Shown in pieces: positions 11,267-20,871 of a stretch of 64,000 nt of DNA. The stretch covers positions 2,854 to 66,853 of the forward strand of contig JABDCN010000002.1 of NCBI GenBank assembly GCA_013288125.1, given 5' to 3'. The notes beneath the pieces were generated by a model. The model searched no databases. It saw only the letters and a program-made list of their open reading frames with translations, and had not been told where the DNA came from. How positions within the stretch are numbered: the first letter of the stretch is position 1; each line of letters starts with the position of its first letter. The translations under genes were made by a program, and so were the position numbers. The stretch is from Gammaproteobacteria bacterium (GTDB taxonomy: Bacteria; Pseudomonadota; Gammaproteobacteria; DSM-16500).

Positions 11267-12745
11267 ATGAAACCCATACCCAAATTATTAAGCAAAACAA
11301 AATTATTACGCGGCTTTCGCTGCTTGAAAGCAATTTATCTCACCATACATCATCCTGAATTAGAACCACCTGTTGATGCTGCAACACAAGCTTTATTTGA
11401 TCAAGGTAATGAAGTCGGTCGTGAAGCAAGAAAATATTATCCTGACGGTGTTTTAATCAATAATCAACCATGGGATTTTTATGGCGCTTTATCAACGACA
11501 CAACGTTTAATTGAAAATCAAACAACTATTCTTTTTGAAGCTGCTTTTGCTTATCAACGATGTTACGCCCGTATTGATATTTTAAAATTAAATCCTGAAA
11601 CAAAACGATTTCATTTAATTGAAGTGAAATCGACAACGAAAGTCAAACCAGAACATATTACTGATACAGCATTACAAGCATGGATCGTTTCAAAATCAGG
11701 TATACCACTCGAAAAAATTTCTATTTTGCATTTAAATTCAGAATGTCGTTATCCTCATCTCGACAATTTATTTAAAGAAGTTGATATTACCGATGAAGTG
11801 CGCGCTACTTATCTTTCTATTCAACCAAAGCTTCATGAAATTTTTACTACATTACAACAACCAAACATTCCAAATATTGATATTGGTCCTTATTGTTTAT
11901 TGCCGACAGTGTGTCCATTCAAATCACATTGCTGGCAAAACATCCCTGAGATCAGCATATTTAATTTGCCGCAAATTAAAAATAAAAAATGGGATTTATA
12001 TCAGCAAGGAGTGATTCATTTATCTGATGCGAATGCGATTGATTTTGATTTTTCTGAATTACAAACACGTGTATTAAATTACGAAAAGACAGGTGAAAGA
12101 TTTATTGATCATGATGCAATACAAAAAAATTTATCGACATGGCAATTTCCATTAGTGTTTTTAGATTTTGAAACGGTTAATCCCGCCATTCCTCGATTCG
12201 AAGGTTGTGGGCCTTATCATCATGTTCCCTTTCAATTTAGTGTGCATGTATGGCAAACACCAAATGAAAAAACAACTCACACTGCATTTTTACATGAAAC
12301 AAACGATGATCCTCGAGAAACACTTATTCCTGCTTTACTAAAATCTTGCGGTACATCAGGATCAATCGTCGCTTACTTTAGTCAATTTGAATCTGAACGC
12401 ATTCAAGCGTTAGCAGATTATTCGCAAGAACATAAACAAGACCTTGAAAATTTAATTACACGCATGGTAGATCCCTTACCTATTATTCGTGACTATGTTT
12501 ATGATCGCGCATTTGCTGGCAGTTTTAGTTTAAAGAGTGTCGCCCCAGCGCTCCTTGGCGAATCGCAGAGTTATGAAGGCATGCAAATTGCAAATGGAAA
12601 TGATGCACAGCGCGGATTTGAACAGCTTATTTCACCTGATATTTCATTTAAAGAAAAAGAGCAATTAAAAGAAGCTATGTTAGCTTATTGCAACAAAGAT
12701 ACAGAGGTAATGGTAGAGCTAGCTAAGTGGCTATTTCGACTGTAG
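11267..12745 (+). CDS. DUF2779-family protein: Cas4/RecB-like PD-(D/E)XK nuclease fused to an RNase H-like domain
   Basis: LSKT...C-x-K start, ARIDIL, LIEVKST, Q motif, GPYC...CPFKSHC cysteine cluster, then FLDFET, PFQFS, SFSLKSV and YCNKDT. Confidence 0.75.
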   Translation: MKPIPKLLSKTKLLRGFRCLKAIYLTIHHPELEPPVDAATQALFDQGNEVGREARKYYPDGVLINNQPWDFYGALSTTQRLIENQTTILFEAAFAYQRCYARIDILKLNPETKRFHLIEVKSTTKVKPEHITDTALQAWIVSKSGIPLEKISILHLNSECRYPHLDNLFKEVDITDEVRATYLSIQPKLHEIFTTLQQPNIPNIDIGPYCLLPTVCPFKSHCWQNIPEISIFNLPQIKNKKWDLYQQGVIHLSDANAIDFDFSELQTRVLNYEKTGERFIDHDAIQKNLSTWQFPLVFLDFETVNPAIPRFEGCGPYHHVPFQFSVHVWQTPNEKTTHTAFLHETNDDPRETLIPALLKSCGTSGSIVAYFSQFESERIQALADYSQEHKQDLENLITRMVDPLPIIRDYVYDRAFAGSFSLKSVAPALLGESQSYEGMQIANGNDAQRGFEQLISPDISFKEKEQLKEAMLAYCNKDTEVMVELAKWLFRL

Positions 12746-12758
12746 AATGTTAAAGATA

Positions 12759-12767
12759 TGCTATAAT
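12759..12767 (+). promoter_or_regulatory. Extended -10 promoter element (TGnTATAAT)
   Basis: TGCTATAAT about 60 bp upstream of the ORF at 12825. Confidence 0.45.
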
Positions 12768-12824
12768 ATTAGTGAATCACATTAAGACCTTGAAGTAAAA
12801 GGTTAACACAAATGGGGGTCATGT

Positions 12825-13262
12825 ATGAGCAGCAGTTTTATCAAAAAAGTATTTATTTTCAGTGGGTTAGCTTTAAGTGCAGGAACCCTATTCGCCGATA
12901 CAACCAATCCACCATTTGGCCCCCCAAAAGTAATTCCTATGCAACATCAAACACAGGTAACTTATACAGGAGATCCAAAGAAAGATCCGCAAGAACCATG
13001 GAAAGATCCGAAGTGTATCCCTCTAAGAACTCGAAACGTTCATATGGATGCAATAGATAATAGTAGATCTAATGGTACAAATGTATACGTGACATGCCCT
13101 CAAAATTATGTCGCCGTTTCTCAAGCGCTTGGAAAAGGAACCGGTAGGTCCATGTGGATAAGCAATTATTACAATACAGGCTATGTTTTTAGTCAAACCG
13201 AAACTTCCACGGCTATACTATGTTGCCCGATTGTTAATACTTGGACTCCTAAGAAACCCTAA
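12825..13262 (+). CDS. Small exported cysteine-containing hypothetical protein
   Basis: 145 aa ORF with a Sec-type signal peptide (KKVFIFSGLALSAGTLFA) and four Cys (C, TCP, CCP). Confidence 0.65.
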   Translation: MSSSFIKKVFIFSGLALSAGTLFADTTNPPFGPPKVIPMQHQTQVTYTGDPKKDPQEPWKDPKCIPLRTRNVHMDAIDNSRSNGTNVYVTCPQNYVAVSQALGKGTGRSMWISNYYNTGYVFSQTETSTAILCCPIVNTWTPKKP

Positions 13263-13313
13263 GACACTCGTGGTTGAATAAATTCCATAAAATAGGTAAC
13301 TTGTCATATTGAC

Positions 13314-13346
13314 TAGAAATTTCTGTTCAAACGCAGAAATTTCCTA
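13314..13346. promoter_or_regulatory. Inverted repeat upstream of mdtA (operator or terminator)
   Basis: GAAATTTCTG-N8-CAGAAATTTC; each half contains the palindrome GAAATTTC. Confidence 0.4.
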
Positions 13347-13358
13347 TTAAAAGGACAT

Positions 13359-14594
13359 GTGACCAGGATGGAATCTCCCACGCCGCCATCTAAAAAGCAA
13401 AAAGAACCTTTGCACAGACATCTTCTCTTTTGGATTATCCTACTTTGTATTTTAGCTTTTATTAAACTCTCACAAACAGAAAACGAAAATAAAAAAACAG
13501 CTTCTAATAATCTTCCCGTTCAAGTTGTCCTTGCTAAAGTTGCTACGAGTAATGTCCCTGTTTATCTCACTGCGATTGGGAATGTTGCACCGACTTACAG
13601 CGTCACCGTTCACACACAAGTAAATGGCACGCTATTAAATGTGTTTTACAAAGAAGGCCAACTGGTTAAACAAGGTGATTTACTCGCGCAAATTGATCCG
13701 CGTCCTTTTGAAGCGCAATTAATGCAATATCAAGGACAATTACAACGTGATAAGGCGCTCCTTGTTAATGCGCGCATTGATTTAAAACGTTATCAAACCT
13801 TATGGAAACAAAATTCGGTTGCTCAACAAACTTTAGCAACACAAATTTCTTTGGTCCATCAATATCAAGGCGCTGTTAAAACAGATAAAGGTTTAATTCA
13901 AGCAACCAAAGTTAATTTAATTTATGCACACATCACATCACCGATTAGTGGACGCGTTGGTTTACGTTTAGTGGATCCTGGCAACATCGTGCAAACAACC
14001 GATACCAATGGTTTATTAGTGATTAATACCTTAAATCCCATTACTGTTATTTTTACTTTACCTGAAGATAATATTCCTGCTGTTGCCAAACTTGTTTATA
14101 GTCAGCATGTTTTACCCGTAGACTGTTACGATCGTAATCAGGAAATCAAATTAGCAACAGGTTATTTATTAACAATTGATAATCAAGTTGATCCTACGAC
14201 TGGCACTGTTAAATTACGCGCACAATTTGCTAATCAAGATAATCGATTATTCCCCAGTCAATTTGTCAATGTGAAATTACTGATTAATACATTAATGAAC
14301 GCAACCATTTTACCAACAGCCGCTATTCAATATAGTGCAGCAGGTCCTTTTGTTTTTGCTTTGAAAGATGATCTTACAGTGACAATGAAACCAGTAAAAA
14401 TCGGCGTGACTAATGGTGAAAACACAACAATTTCTACTGGTATTCAACCAAATGAATTAGTCATTACAGAAGGTGCTGATAAATTAATTGAAGGTTCAAA
14501 AGTTAATGTAGCGCAATCATCACAATCATTATTAAAACCTGAAGTAAAATCTAAAATCGACGCGCAACAATCTTGGTGGCGTGTTTTGTTATGA
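13359..14594 (+). CDS. mdtA: RND efflux membrane fusion protein MdtA/MuxA
   Basis: N-terminal TM anchor, EGQLVKQGDLLAQIDPRPF, SPISGRVGLRLVDPGN, IDNQVDPTTGTVKLRA. The start may be the ATG at 13368. Confidence 0.9.
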   Translation: MTRMESPTPPSKKQKEPLHRHLLFWIILLCILAFIKLSQTENENKKTASNNLPVQVVLAKVATSNVPVYLTAIGNVAPTYSVTVHTQVNGTLLNVFYKEGQLVKQGDLLAQIDPRPFEAQLMQYQGQLQRDKALLVNARIDLKRYQTLWKQNSVAQQTLATQISLVHQYQGAVKTDKGLIQATKVNLIYAHITSPISGRVGLRLVDPGNIVQTTDTNGLLVINTLNPITVIFTLPEDNIPAVAKLVYSQHVLPVDCYDRNQEIKLATGYLLTIDNQVDPTTGTVKLRAQFANQDNRLFPSQFVNVKLLINTLMNATILPTAAIQYSAAGPFVFALKDDLTVTMKPVKIGVTNGENTTISTGIQPNELVITEGADKLIEGSKVNVAQSSQSLLKPEVKSKIDAQQSWWRVLL

Positions 14595-17500
14595 ATATCT
14601 CAGGCCCTTTTATTCAACGACCAATTGCGACTTCCCTTTTAATGTTAGCTTTATTATTAACCGGTATTTTAGCCTATCAACTATTACCTGTTTCTTCTTT
14701 ACCAGAAGTCGAATATCCCACGATTCAAGTTGTGACATTTTATCCAGGCGCAAGTCCTGATGTGATGACATCTTCTGTCACCGCTCCTTTAGAAAAACAA
14801 TTTGGACAAATGCCAGGGCTTGATCAAATGACGTCAACCAGTTCCAATAGTTCATCTATTATATCATTACAATTTTCATTAGACATGAGTTTAGATGTCG
14901 CAGAACAAGAAGTTCAAGCTGCGATTAATGCAGCAACCAGTTATTTACCGATTGATTTACCTAATCCGCCTATTTATAGCAAAGTGAATCCTGCAGACAC
15001 ACCCATCATCACATTAGCACTCACTTCAAAAACCATGCCGCTCACTCAAGTTGAAGATTATGCGGATACACGTCTCGTGCAAAAAATTTCAGAACAAACT
15101 GGTGTGGGGCTCGTGAGTATTAGCGGCGGTCAGCGGCCTGCTGTTCGTGTGCAAATGAATCCTGATGCACTAGTCTCATATGGATTAACATTAGAAGCAG
15201 TCCGTAACGCCATCATCACAGCAAATGTTAATGCAGCAAAAGGTAATTTTGATGGCAAACGACTTTCTTATACCATCAATTCAAATGATCAATTACTTTC
15301 GAGTAAAGAATATAAACCATTAATTGTTGCTTATCGAAATAATGCACCCGTTCGTTTATCTGATATTGCAAATGTGATTGATGGCGCTGAAAATACACAA
15401 CTTGCTGCGTGGAAAAATTTAACCCCTGCTGTCATTATTAATATCAAACGTCAGCCTGGTGCAAATGTCATTGAAGTGGCTGATCGCGTTAAAGTATTAC
15501 TTCAACAATTAAAACATGCTATGCCACATGCCATTAATATTTCGCTTTTAACGGATCGCACGATTACCATTCGCACTTCTGTTGCTGATGTTCAATTTGA
15601 TTTGCTGTTTGCTTTAATTTTAGTTGTATTAGTGATTTTTATTTTTTTACGTCATTTTGCTGCGACGATGATCCCGAGTATTGCCGTTCCTTTATCACTT
15701 ATTGGCACATTAGGCGTGATGTATTTATTTGGTTATGGATTAAATAATTTAACTTTAATGGCACTCACCATTGCGACCGGATTTCTAGCAGATGATGCCA
15801 TTGTCATGATTGAAAATATTACACGTTATGTTGAACAAGGCGATTCTCCTTTTGATGCCGCCATGAAAGGTGCTGCACAAATTGGTTTTACCATTGTTTC
15901 TTTAACAGTCTCATTAATTGCCGTACTTATTCCGCTGCTTTTTATGCGAGATGTGATTGGTCGATTATTTCGTGAATTTGCTGTTACCTTATCCGTCACC
16001 ATTTTAATCTCTGCTTTTGTTTCACTTACCCTCACGCCAATGTTATGTGCAAAATTATTAAAACATCAAAAAGATAAAAAAATAACTTCGATTGAAAAAA
16101 AAGCATTAACCATTCAAAAAAATATTATTGATTCATATGGCCGTTCATTACATATGACATTAAATCATCAACCTTTAACTTTAATTATTGCAATGATGAC
16201 ACTCGTTTTAACAGGGATATTATTTTTTGTCATTCCAAAAGGTTTTTTTCCAATTCAAGATACGGGATTAATTCAAGGCATTTCAGAAGCGCCGCAAAAT
16301 ATTTCTTTCTCAGCCATGTCGACAGCACAACAAGCACTTGCACGTGTCATATTAACTGATCCTGCGATTGCAAATATTTCTTCATTCATTGGAATTGATG
16401 GCACGAATGTTACTTTGAATAGTGGCCGCATATTAATGACACTTAAACCTATTGCTGATAGAAAAGAAAGTGCACTCTCAATTATTCGACGATTACAACC
16501 GACTTTATCTCAAATTACTGGCGCACAACTTTATATGCAACCCGTACAAGATTTAACGGTTGATACCATCGTCAGTCGCAATCAATATCAATATAGCGTC
16601 AGTTCTGCTAACGCAGATGAAGTTACCACTTGGACAGAAAAATTAATTCGTCAATTAAACCAATTACCAGAATTAAGAGATGTGACTTCTAACTTACAAA
16701 ATAAAGGACTACAAACTTCCATTATGATTGATAGAGATACCGCTTCTCGTTTAGGCATTACTTCACAAACCATTGATGATACTTTATATGATGCTTATGG
16801 ACAGCGGCAAGTTTCAATTATGTTTACACAACGCAATCAATATCGTGTTGTACTTGAAGTTTTACCTTCATTACAAAATTTACCTATTTCTCTCGATCAT
16901 ATTTATTTAAATTCGGCTGCAGCACAATCAACTTATCAACCAACCACTTCTTTCACTTCAATCGGCAATACAAGCTTAACCAGCACAACCGTTCCAATTC
17001 TAAATAATGTTGTTCCTTTAAATACTTTTTCTACTATCACACATGGTTATGCACCATTAGTCATTAATCGATTAGGACAATTTCCCAGCGCGACAATTTC
17101 ATTTAATCTTGCACCAAATGTTTCTCTTGGCAGTGCTATCAATGCCATCAATCAAGCAAAAAATAATTTATCACTTCCACCAACTGTCTTAACTAATTTC
17201 GTTGGTTCAGCAAAAATATTTCAGCAAACATTATTAAATGAAGGATGGTTAGTGGCAGCTTCAATTATCGCTGTTTATATTATCTTAGGTATTTTATATG
17301 AAAGTTATATTCACCCAATCACTATTTTATCTACTTTACCTTCTGCTAGTGTGGGTGCATTACTCGCCTTAATAATCACAGGAAAAGAACTCACAATCAT
17401 TTCTTTAATTGGTATTATTTTATTGATTGGTATTGTGATGAAAAATGCCATCATGATGATTGATTTTGCCTTAGAACAAGAACGTAAATATAACAAACCA

Positions 17501-17770
17501 CCACGTGAAGCTATTCAAGAAGCTGCGGTACTTCGTTTTCGTCCTATTTTAATGACCACATTAGCCGCCATGTTTGGCGCGATTCCTTTAGCGATGAGTT
17601 CTGGTATGGGATCTGAATTACGACAACCACTAGGCATTGCCATCATCGGCGGATTAATGGTGAGCCAATTACTCACGCTTTATACTACGCCCGTCATTTA
17701 TCTGACGTTTGATCGTGCTTATAGCCGCATGAAAAAATGGCGGCCCACTATTCGATGGACGCACACATGA
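14591..17770 (+). CDS. mdtB: RND efflux permease MdtB/MuxB
   Basis: MNISGPFIQRPIATSLLM, LPEVEYPTIQV, DDAIVMIENI, RFRPILMTT. ATGA overlap with mdtA. Confidence 0.92.
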   Translation: MNISGPFIQRPIATSLLMLALLLTGILAYQLLPVSSLPEVEYPTIQVVTFYPGASPDVMTSSVTAPLEKQFGQMPGLDQMTSTSSNSSSIISLQFSLDMSLDVAEQEVQAAINAATSYLPIDLPNPPIYSKVNPADTPIITLALTSKTMPLTQVEDYADTRLVQKISEQTGVGLVSISGGQRPAVRVQMNPDALVSYGLTLEAVRNAIITANVNAAKGNFDGKRLSYTINSNDQLLSSKEYKPLIVAYRNNAPVRLSDIANVIDGAENTQLAAWKNLTPAVIINIKRQPGANVIEVADRVKVLLQQLKHAMPHAINISLLTDRTITIRTSVADVQFDLLFALILVVLVIFIFLRHFAATMIPSIAVPLSLIGTLGVMYLFGYGLNNLTLMALTIATGFLADDAIVMIENITRYVEQGDSPFDAAMKGAAQIGFTIVSLTVSLIAVLIPLLFMRDVIGRLFREFAVTLSVTILISAFVSLTLTPMLCAKLLKHQKDKKITSIEKKALTIQKNIIDSYGRSLHMTLNHQPLTLIIAMMTLVLTGILFFVIPKGFFPIQDTGLIQGISEAPQNISFSAMSTAQQALARVILTDPAIANISSFIGIDGTNVTLNSGRILMTLKPIADRKESALSIIRRLQPTLSQITGAQLYMQPVQDLTVDTIVSRNQYQYSVSSANADEVTTWTEKLIRQLNQLPELRDVTSNLQNKGLQTSIMIDRDTASRLGITSQTIDDTLYDAYGQRQVSIMFTQRNQYRVVLEVLPSLQNLPISLDHIYLNSAAAQSTYQPTTSFTSIGNTSLTSTTVPILNNVVPLNTFSTITHGYAPLVINRLGQFPSATISFNLAPNVSLGSAINAINQAKNNLSLPPTVLTNFVGSAKIFQQTLLNEGWLVAASIIAVYIILGILYESYIHPITILSTLPSASVGALLALIITGKELTIISLIGIILLIGIVMKNAIMMIDFALEQERKYNKPPREAIQEAAVLRFRPILMTTLAAMFGAIPLAMSSGMGSELRQPLGIAIIGGLMVSQLLTLYTTPVIYLTFDRAYSRMKKWRPTIRWTHT

Positions 17771-20700
17771 ATATTACCGCTGTTTTTATTCATCGTCCCA
17801 TTGCTGCTTCATTAGTTGCTTTAGGTATTGCGCTTGCTGGATTATTTGCTTTTTATTTATTACCTGTCGCACCATTACCACAAATTGATTTTCCCACGAT
17901 CAATGTTTCAACATCATTACCAGGCGCTGATCCAGAAACCATGGCGACTTCTGTTGCAACACCATTAGAACGTCAATTAGGTAAGATTGCAGGTGTGACA
18001 GAGATGACTTCATCTAGCACCTTAGGGCAAACAAGAATTACTTTGCAATTTGATTTAACGCGTAATATCGATGGCGCAGCGCGTGATGTTCAAGCTGCAA
18101 TTAACGCTTCGCTTAGTCAATTACCAACCAATTTACCCTCTTTACCAACGTACAGAAAAGTAAATCCTGCTGATGCGCCTATCTTGATACTGGCTTTAAC
18201 CTCAGATCATTACACGCGCGGACAAATGTATGATTTAGCATCAACCATTCTTGCGCAGCGATTATCGCAAGTAAATGGCGTAGGACAAGTCATCGTCGGT
18301 GGTTCTTCACTGCCTGCTGTTCGCGTTGAATTAAATCCCAACCAATTGAATAGTTATGGTATTGCGTTAACCGATGTTAAATCAACATTAGCCACTGCTA
18401 ATACGAATAGTCCCAAAGGACAATTACAATCTGGGAATCTCACTTATGCAATCAATACTTCTGATCAATTATTTAAAGCATCTCAATATGCGCCGCTCAT
18501 TATTACTTATCGAAATAATAGACCTGTTCGAATTTCAGATGTAGCAACGACAGTTGATTCAGTTGAAGATTTAAGAAACGCAGGTTTATCTAATGGTAAA
18601 CCAGCTGTGTTGTTAATTATATTTAAAGAGCCTGGCGCTAATGTAATTAAAACAGTAGATCAAATTCAAAATATTATGCCAATTTTAAAAAGCGCGATTC
18701 CAGCCAGTATTCATTTATCTAAAGCAATGGATAGAACAACGACGATTCGCACTTCTTTATTTGATGTAGAAATTACTTTAATCATTGCCATGATACTCGT
18801 GATATTTGTCACATTTTTATTTTTAGGTAATTTCAATGCAATGATTATTCCTGGTGTTGCTGTACCCTTATCATTACTCGGCACTTTTGGTGTGATGGAA
18901 TTATTGGGTTATAGTTTAGATAATTTATCGATGATGGCCTTAACGATTTCAACAGGATTTGTTGTTGATGATGCTGTTGTTGTCTTAGAAAATATTTCTC
19001 GTCATCTTGAAGTGTTAGATGATCCAATAAAAGCCGCTTTAATTGGCGCGCGCGAAGTAAGCTTTACAGTCATTTCTATGAGCTTATCTTTAATTGCCGT
19101 ATTTATTCCTATTTTATTAATGGGCGGCATTGTCGGACGTTTATTTCATGAATTTGCCGTGACACTTTCTACTGCCATTTTAGTTTCACTCGTGATTTCA
19201 TTAACGATTACGCCTTCAATGTGCGCTGTTTTTTTGAAAAAAAGTGGGCCGAAAAATCATAATCCTTATCAACAACGCGTCGAACAATTACGTAAACATT
19301 ATGATAATAGTTTAGCCTGGGTATTGCATCATCCTATTTTTATGTTATGCGCAACTATCGCCTGTATTATTTTAACTATCATATTATTTATTATTGTCCC
19401 TAAAGGATTTTTTCCGCAGCAAGACACCGGTCGTATTATTGCTAATATTCAAGCTGATCAAAATATTTCGTTTCAATCAATGCAAAATAAATTATCGGAT
19501 TATGTTAAATTAATTCATGCAGATCTTGCCGTAGAAAATGTAGTCGGATTTGTTGGCAGTGGTGGACCGGGCGGCAATACGACAAATACAGGCTCATTAT
19601 ATATTTCACTTAAAGCATTAAATCAACGTCATTTATCAGTTGATGGTGTCATTGCACGTTTACGCAAAACATTAGCTGTCATTCCTGGCGCAACACTTTA
19701 CATGCAAGCTGCACAAGATTTATTGATCGGCGGCAGATCGGGCAATGCACAATTTCAATATACTTTATCCGCTGATAATTTAAATGTATTAAATCATTGG
19801 GCGCCCCTACTCACATCACAATTAAAAAAATTACCGAATATAGCAGATGTCAATAGTGATCAATTAAATCATGGTTTACAAGTGTATGTAACAGTAAATC
19901 ACGATGCTGCTTCACGTTTTGGTTTAACCTCACAACAAATTGATGCGATTTTATATAGTGCATTTGGACAAAGTCAGGTATCAACCATGTACACTGCAAT
20001 GAATCAATATCATGTTGTGATGGAAGTAGCGCCGCCGTATTGGCAACATCCTGAAACATTAAATCAAATTTATGTATTATCACCAACTAATTTAAAAATA
20101 CCTTTATCTGCTTTTTCACAATTTACGCCATCTAATACATTGTTATCTGTTAATCATCAAGGTCTTGCGCCATCAGCTACTTTGTCATTTAACTTATTAT
20201 CAAATACAGCGTTAGGTGATGCGGTAAATCGCATCGATCGCGCAGTAGAAAAAATGCGACTCCCCGCTTCTCTTCGCGGTACATTCCAAGGTACGGCACA
20301 AGCTTTCCAACAATCGCTTGCAAATGAAACGTATTTAGTAATCACAGCTTTATTTGCGGTTTATATTGTACTTGGTATCTTATACGAAAGTTTAATTCAT
20401 CCGATTACTATTCTTTCGACTTTACCATCAGCAGGTGTTGGTGCTTTACTTGCTTTATTAATCACACATACTGATTTAAGTATTATTGCTTTGATTGGCA
20501 TCATTTTATTAATTGGCATTGTGAAAAAAAATGCCATCATGATGATTGATTTTGCTTTGCATGCTGAACGCGAAGAAAAAAAATCTTCACGTGATGCGAT
20601 ATATGAAGCAGCTACTTTACGTTTTCGACCGATTATGATGACAACGTGTGCTGCTATTTTTGGTGCATTGCCTTTAGTATTTGGAATGGGATTAGGATCA

Positions 20701-20871
20701 GAATTACGAAGACCATTGGGTATTGCGATTGTGGGCGGATTAATTGTAAGTCAAATGTTAACGTTATATAGCACGCCTGTGATTTATCTTAGTTTTGAGA
20801 AGATTCGATTAAAATTAAATGCGTTTGTTTTGAATCATAGACCAAGGAAGAAATTATTCAATGAAGAATAA
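17767..20871 (+). CDS. mdtC: RND efflux permease MdtC/MuxC
   Basis: FIHRPIA, LPVAPLPQIDFPTI, GFVVDDAVVVLENI, RFRPIMMTT. Second permease of the pair; ATGA overlap. Confidence 0.92.
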   Translation: MNITAVFIHRPIAASLVALGIALAGLFAFYLLPVAPLPQIDFPTINVSTSLPGADPETMATSVATPLERQLGKIAGVTEMTSSSTLGQTRITLQFDLTRNIDGAARDVQAAINASLSQLPTNLPSLPTYRKVNPADAPILILALTSDHYTRGQMYDLASTILAQRLSQVNGVGQVIVGGSSLPAVRVELNPNQLNSYGIALTDVKSTLATANTNSPKGQLQSGNLTYAINTSDQLFKASQYAPLIITYRNNRPVRISDVATTVDSVEDLRNAGLSNGKPAVLLIIFKEPGANVIKTVDQIQNIMPILKSAIPASIHLSKAMDRTTTIRTSLFDVEITLIIAMILVIFVTFLFLGNFNAMIIPGVAVPLSLLGTFGVMELLGYSLDNLSMMALTISTGFVVDDAVVVLENISRHLEVLDDPIKAALIGAREVSFTVISMSLSLIAVFIPILLMGGIVGRLFHEFAVTLSTAILVSLVISLTITPSMCAVFLKKSGPKNHNPYQQRVEQLRKHYDNSLAWVLHHPIFMLCATIACIILTIILFIIVPKGFFPQQDTGRIIANIQADQNISFQSMQNKLSDYVKLIHADLAVENVVGFVGSGGPGGNTTNTGSLYISLKALNQRHLSVDGVIARLRKTLAVIPGATLYMQAAQDLLIGGRSGNAQFQYTLSADNLNVLNHWAPLLTSQLKKLPNIADVNSDQLNHGLQVYVTVNHDAASRFGLTSQQIDAILYSAFGQSQVSTMYTAMNQYHVVMEVAPPYWQHPETLNQIYVLSPTNLKIPLSAFSQFTPSNTLLSVNHQGLAPSATLSFNLLSNTALGDAVNRIDRAVEKMRLPASLRGTFQGTAQAFQQSLANETYLVITALFAVYIVLGILYESLIHPITILSTLPSAGVGALLALLITHTDLSIIALIGIILLIGIVKKNAIMMIDFALHAEREEKKSSRDAIYEAATLRFRPIMMTTCAAIFGALPLVFGMGLGSELRRPLGIAIVGGLIVSQMLTLYSTPVIYLSFEKIRLKLNAFVLNHRPRKKLFNEE

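Noticed and set aside
11267-12745. Cas4 of a CRISPR-Cas system
   Set aside because: Fused DUF2779-type architecture, with no cas1, cas2 or array in the window.
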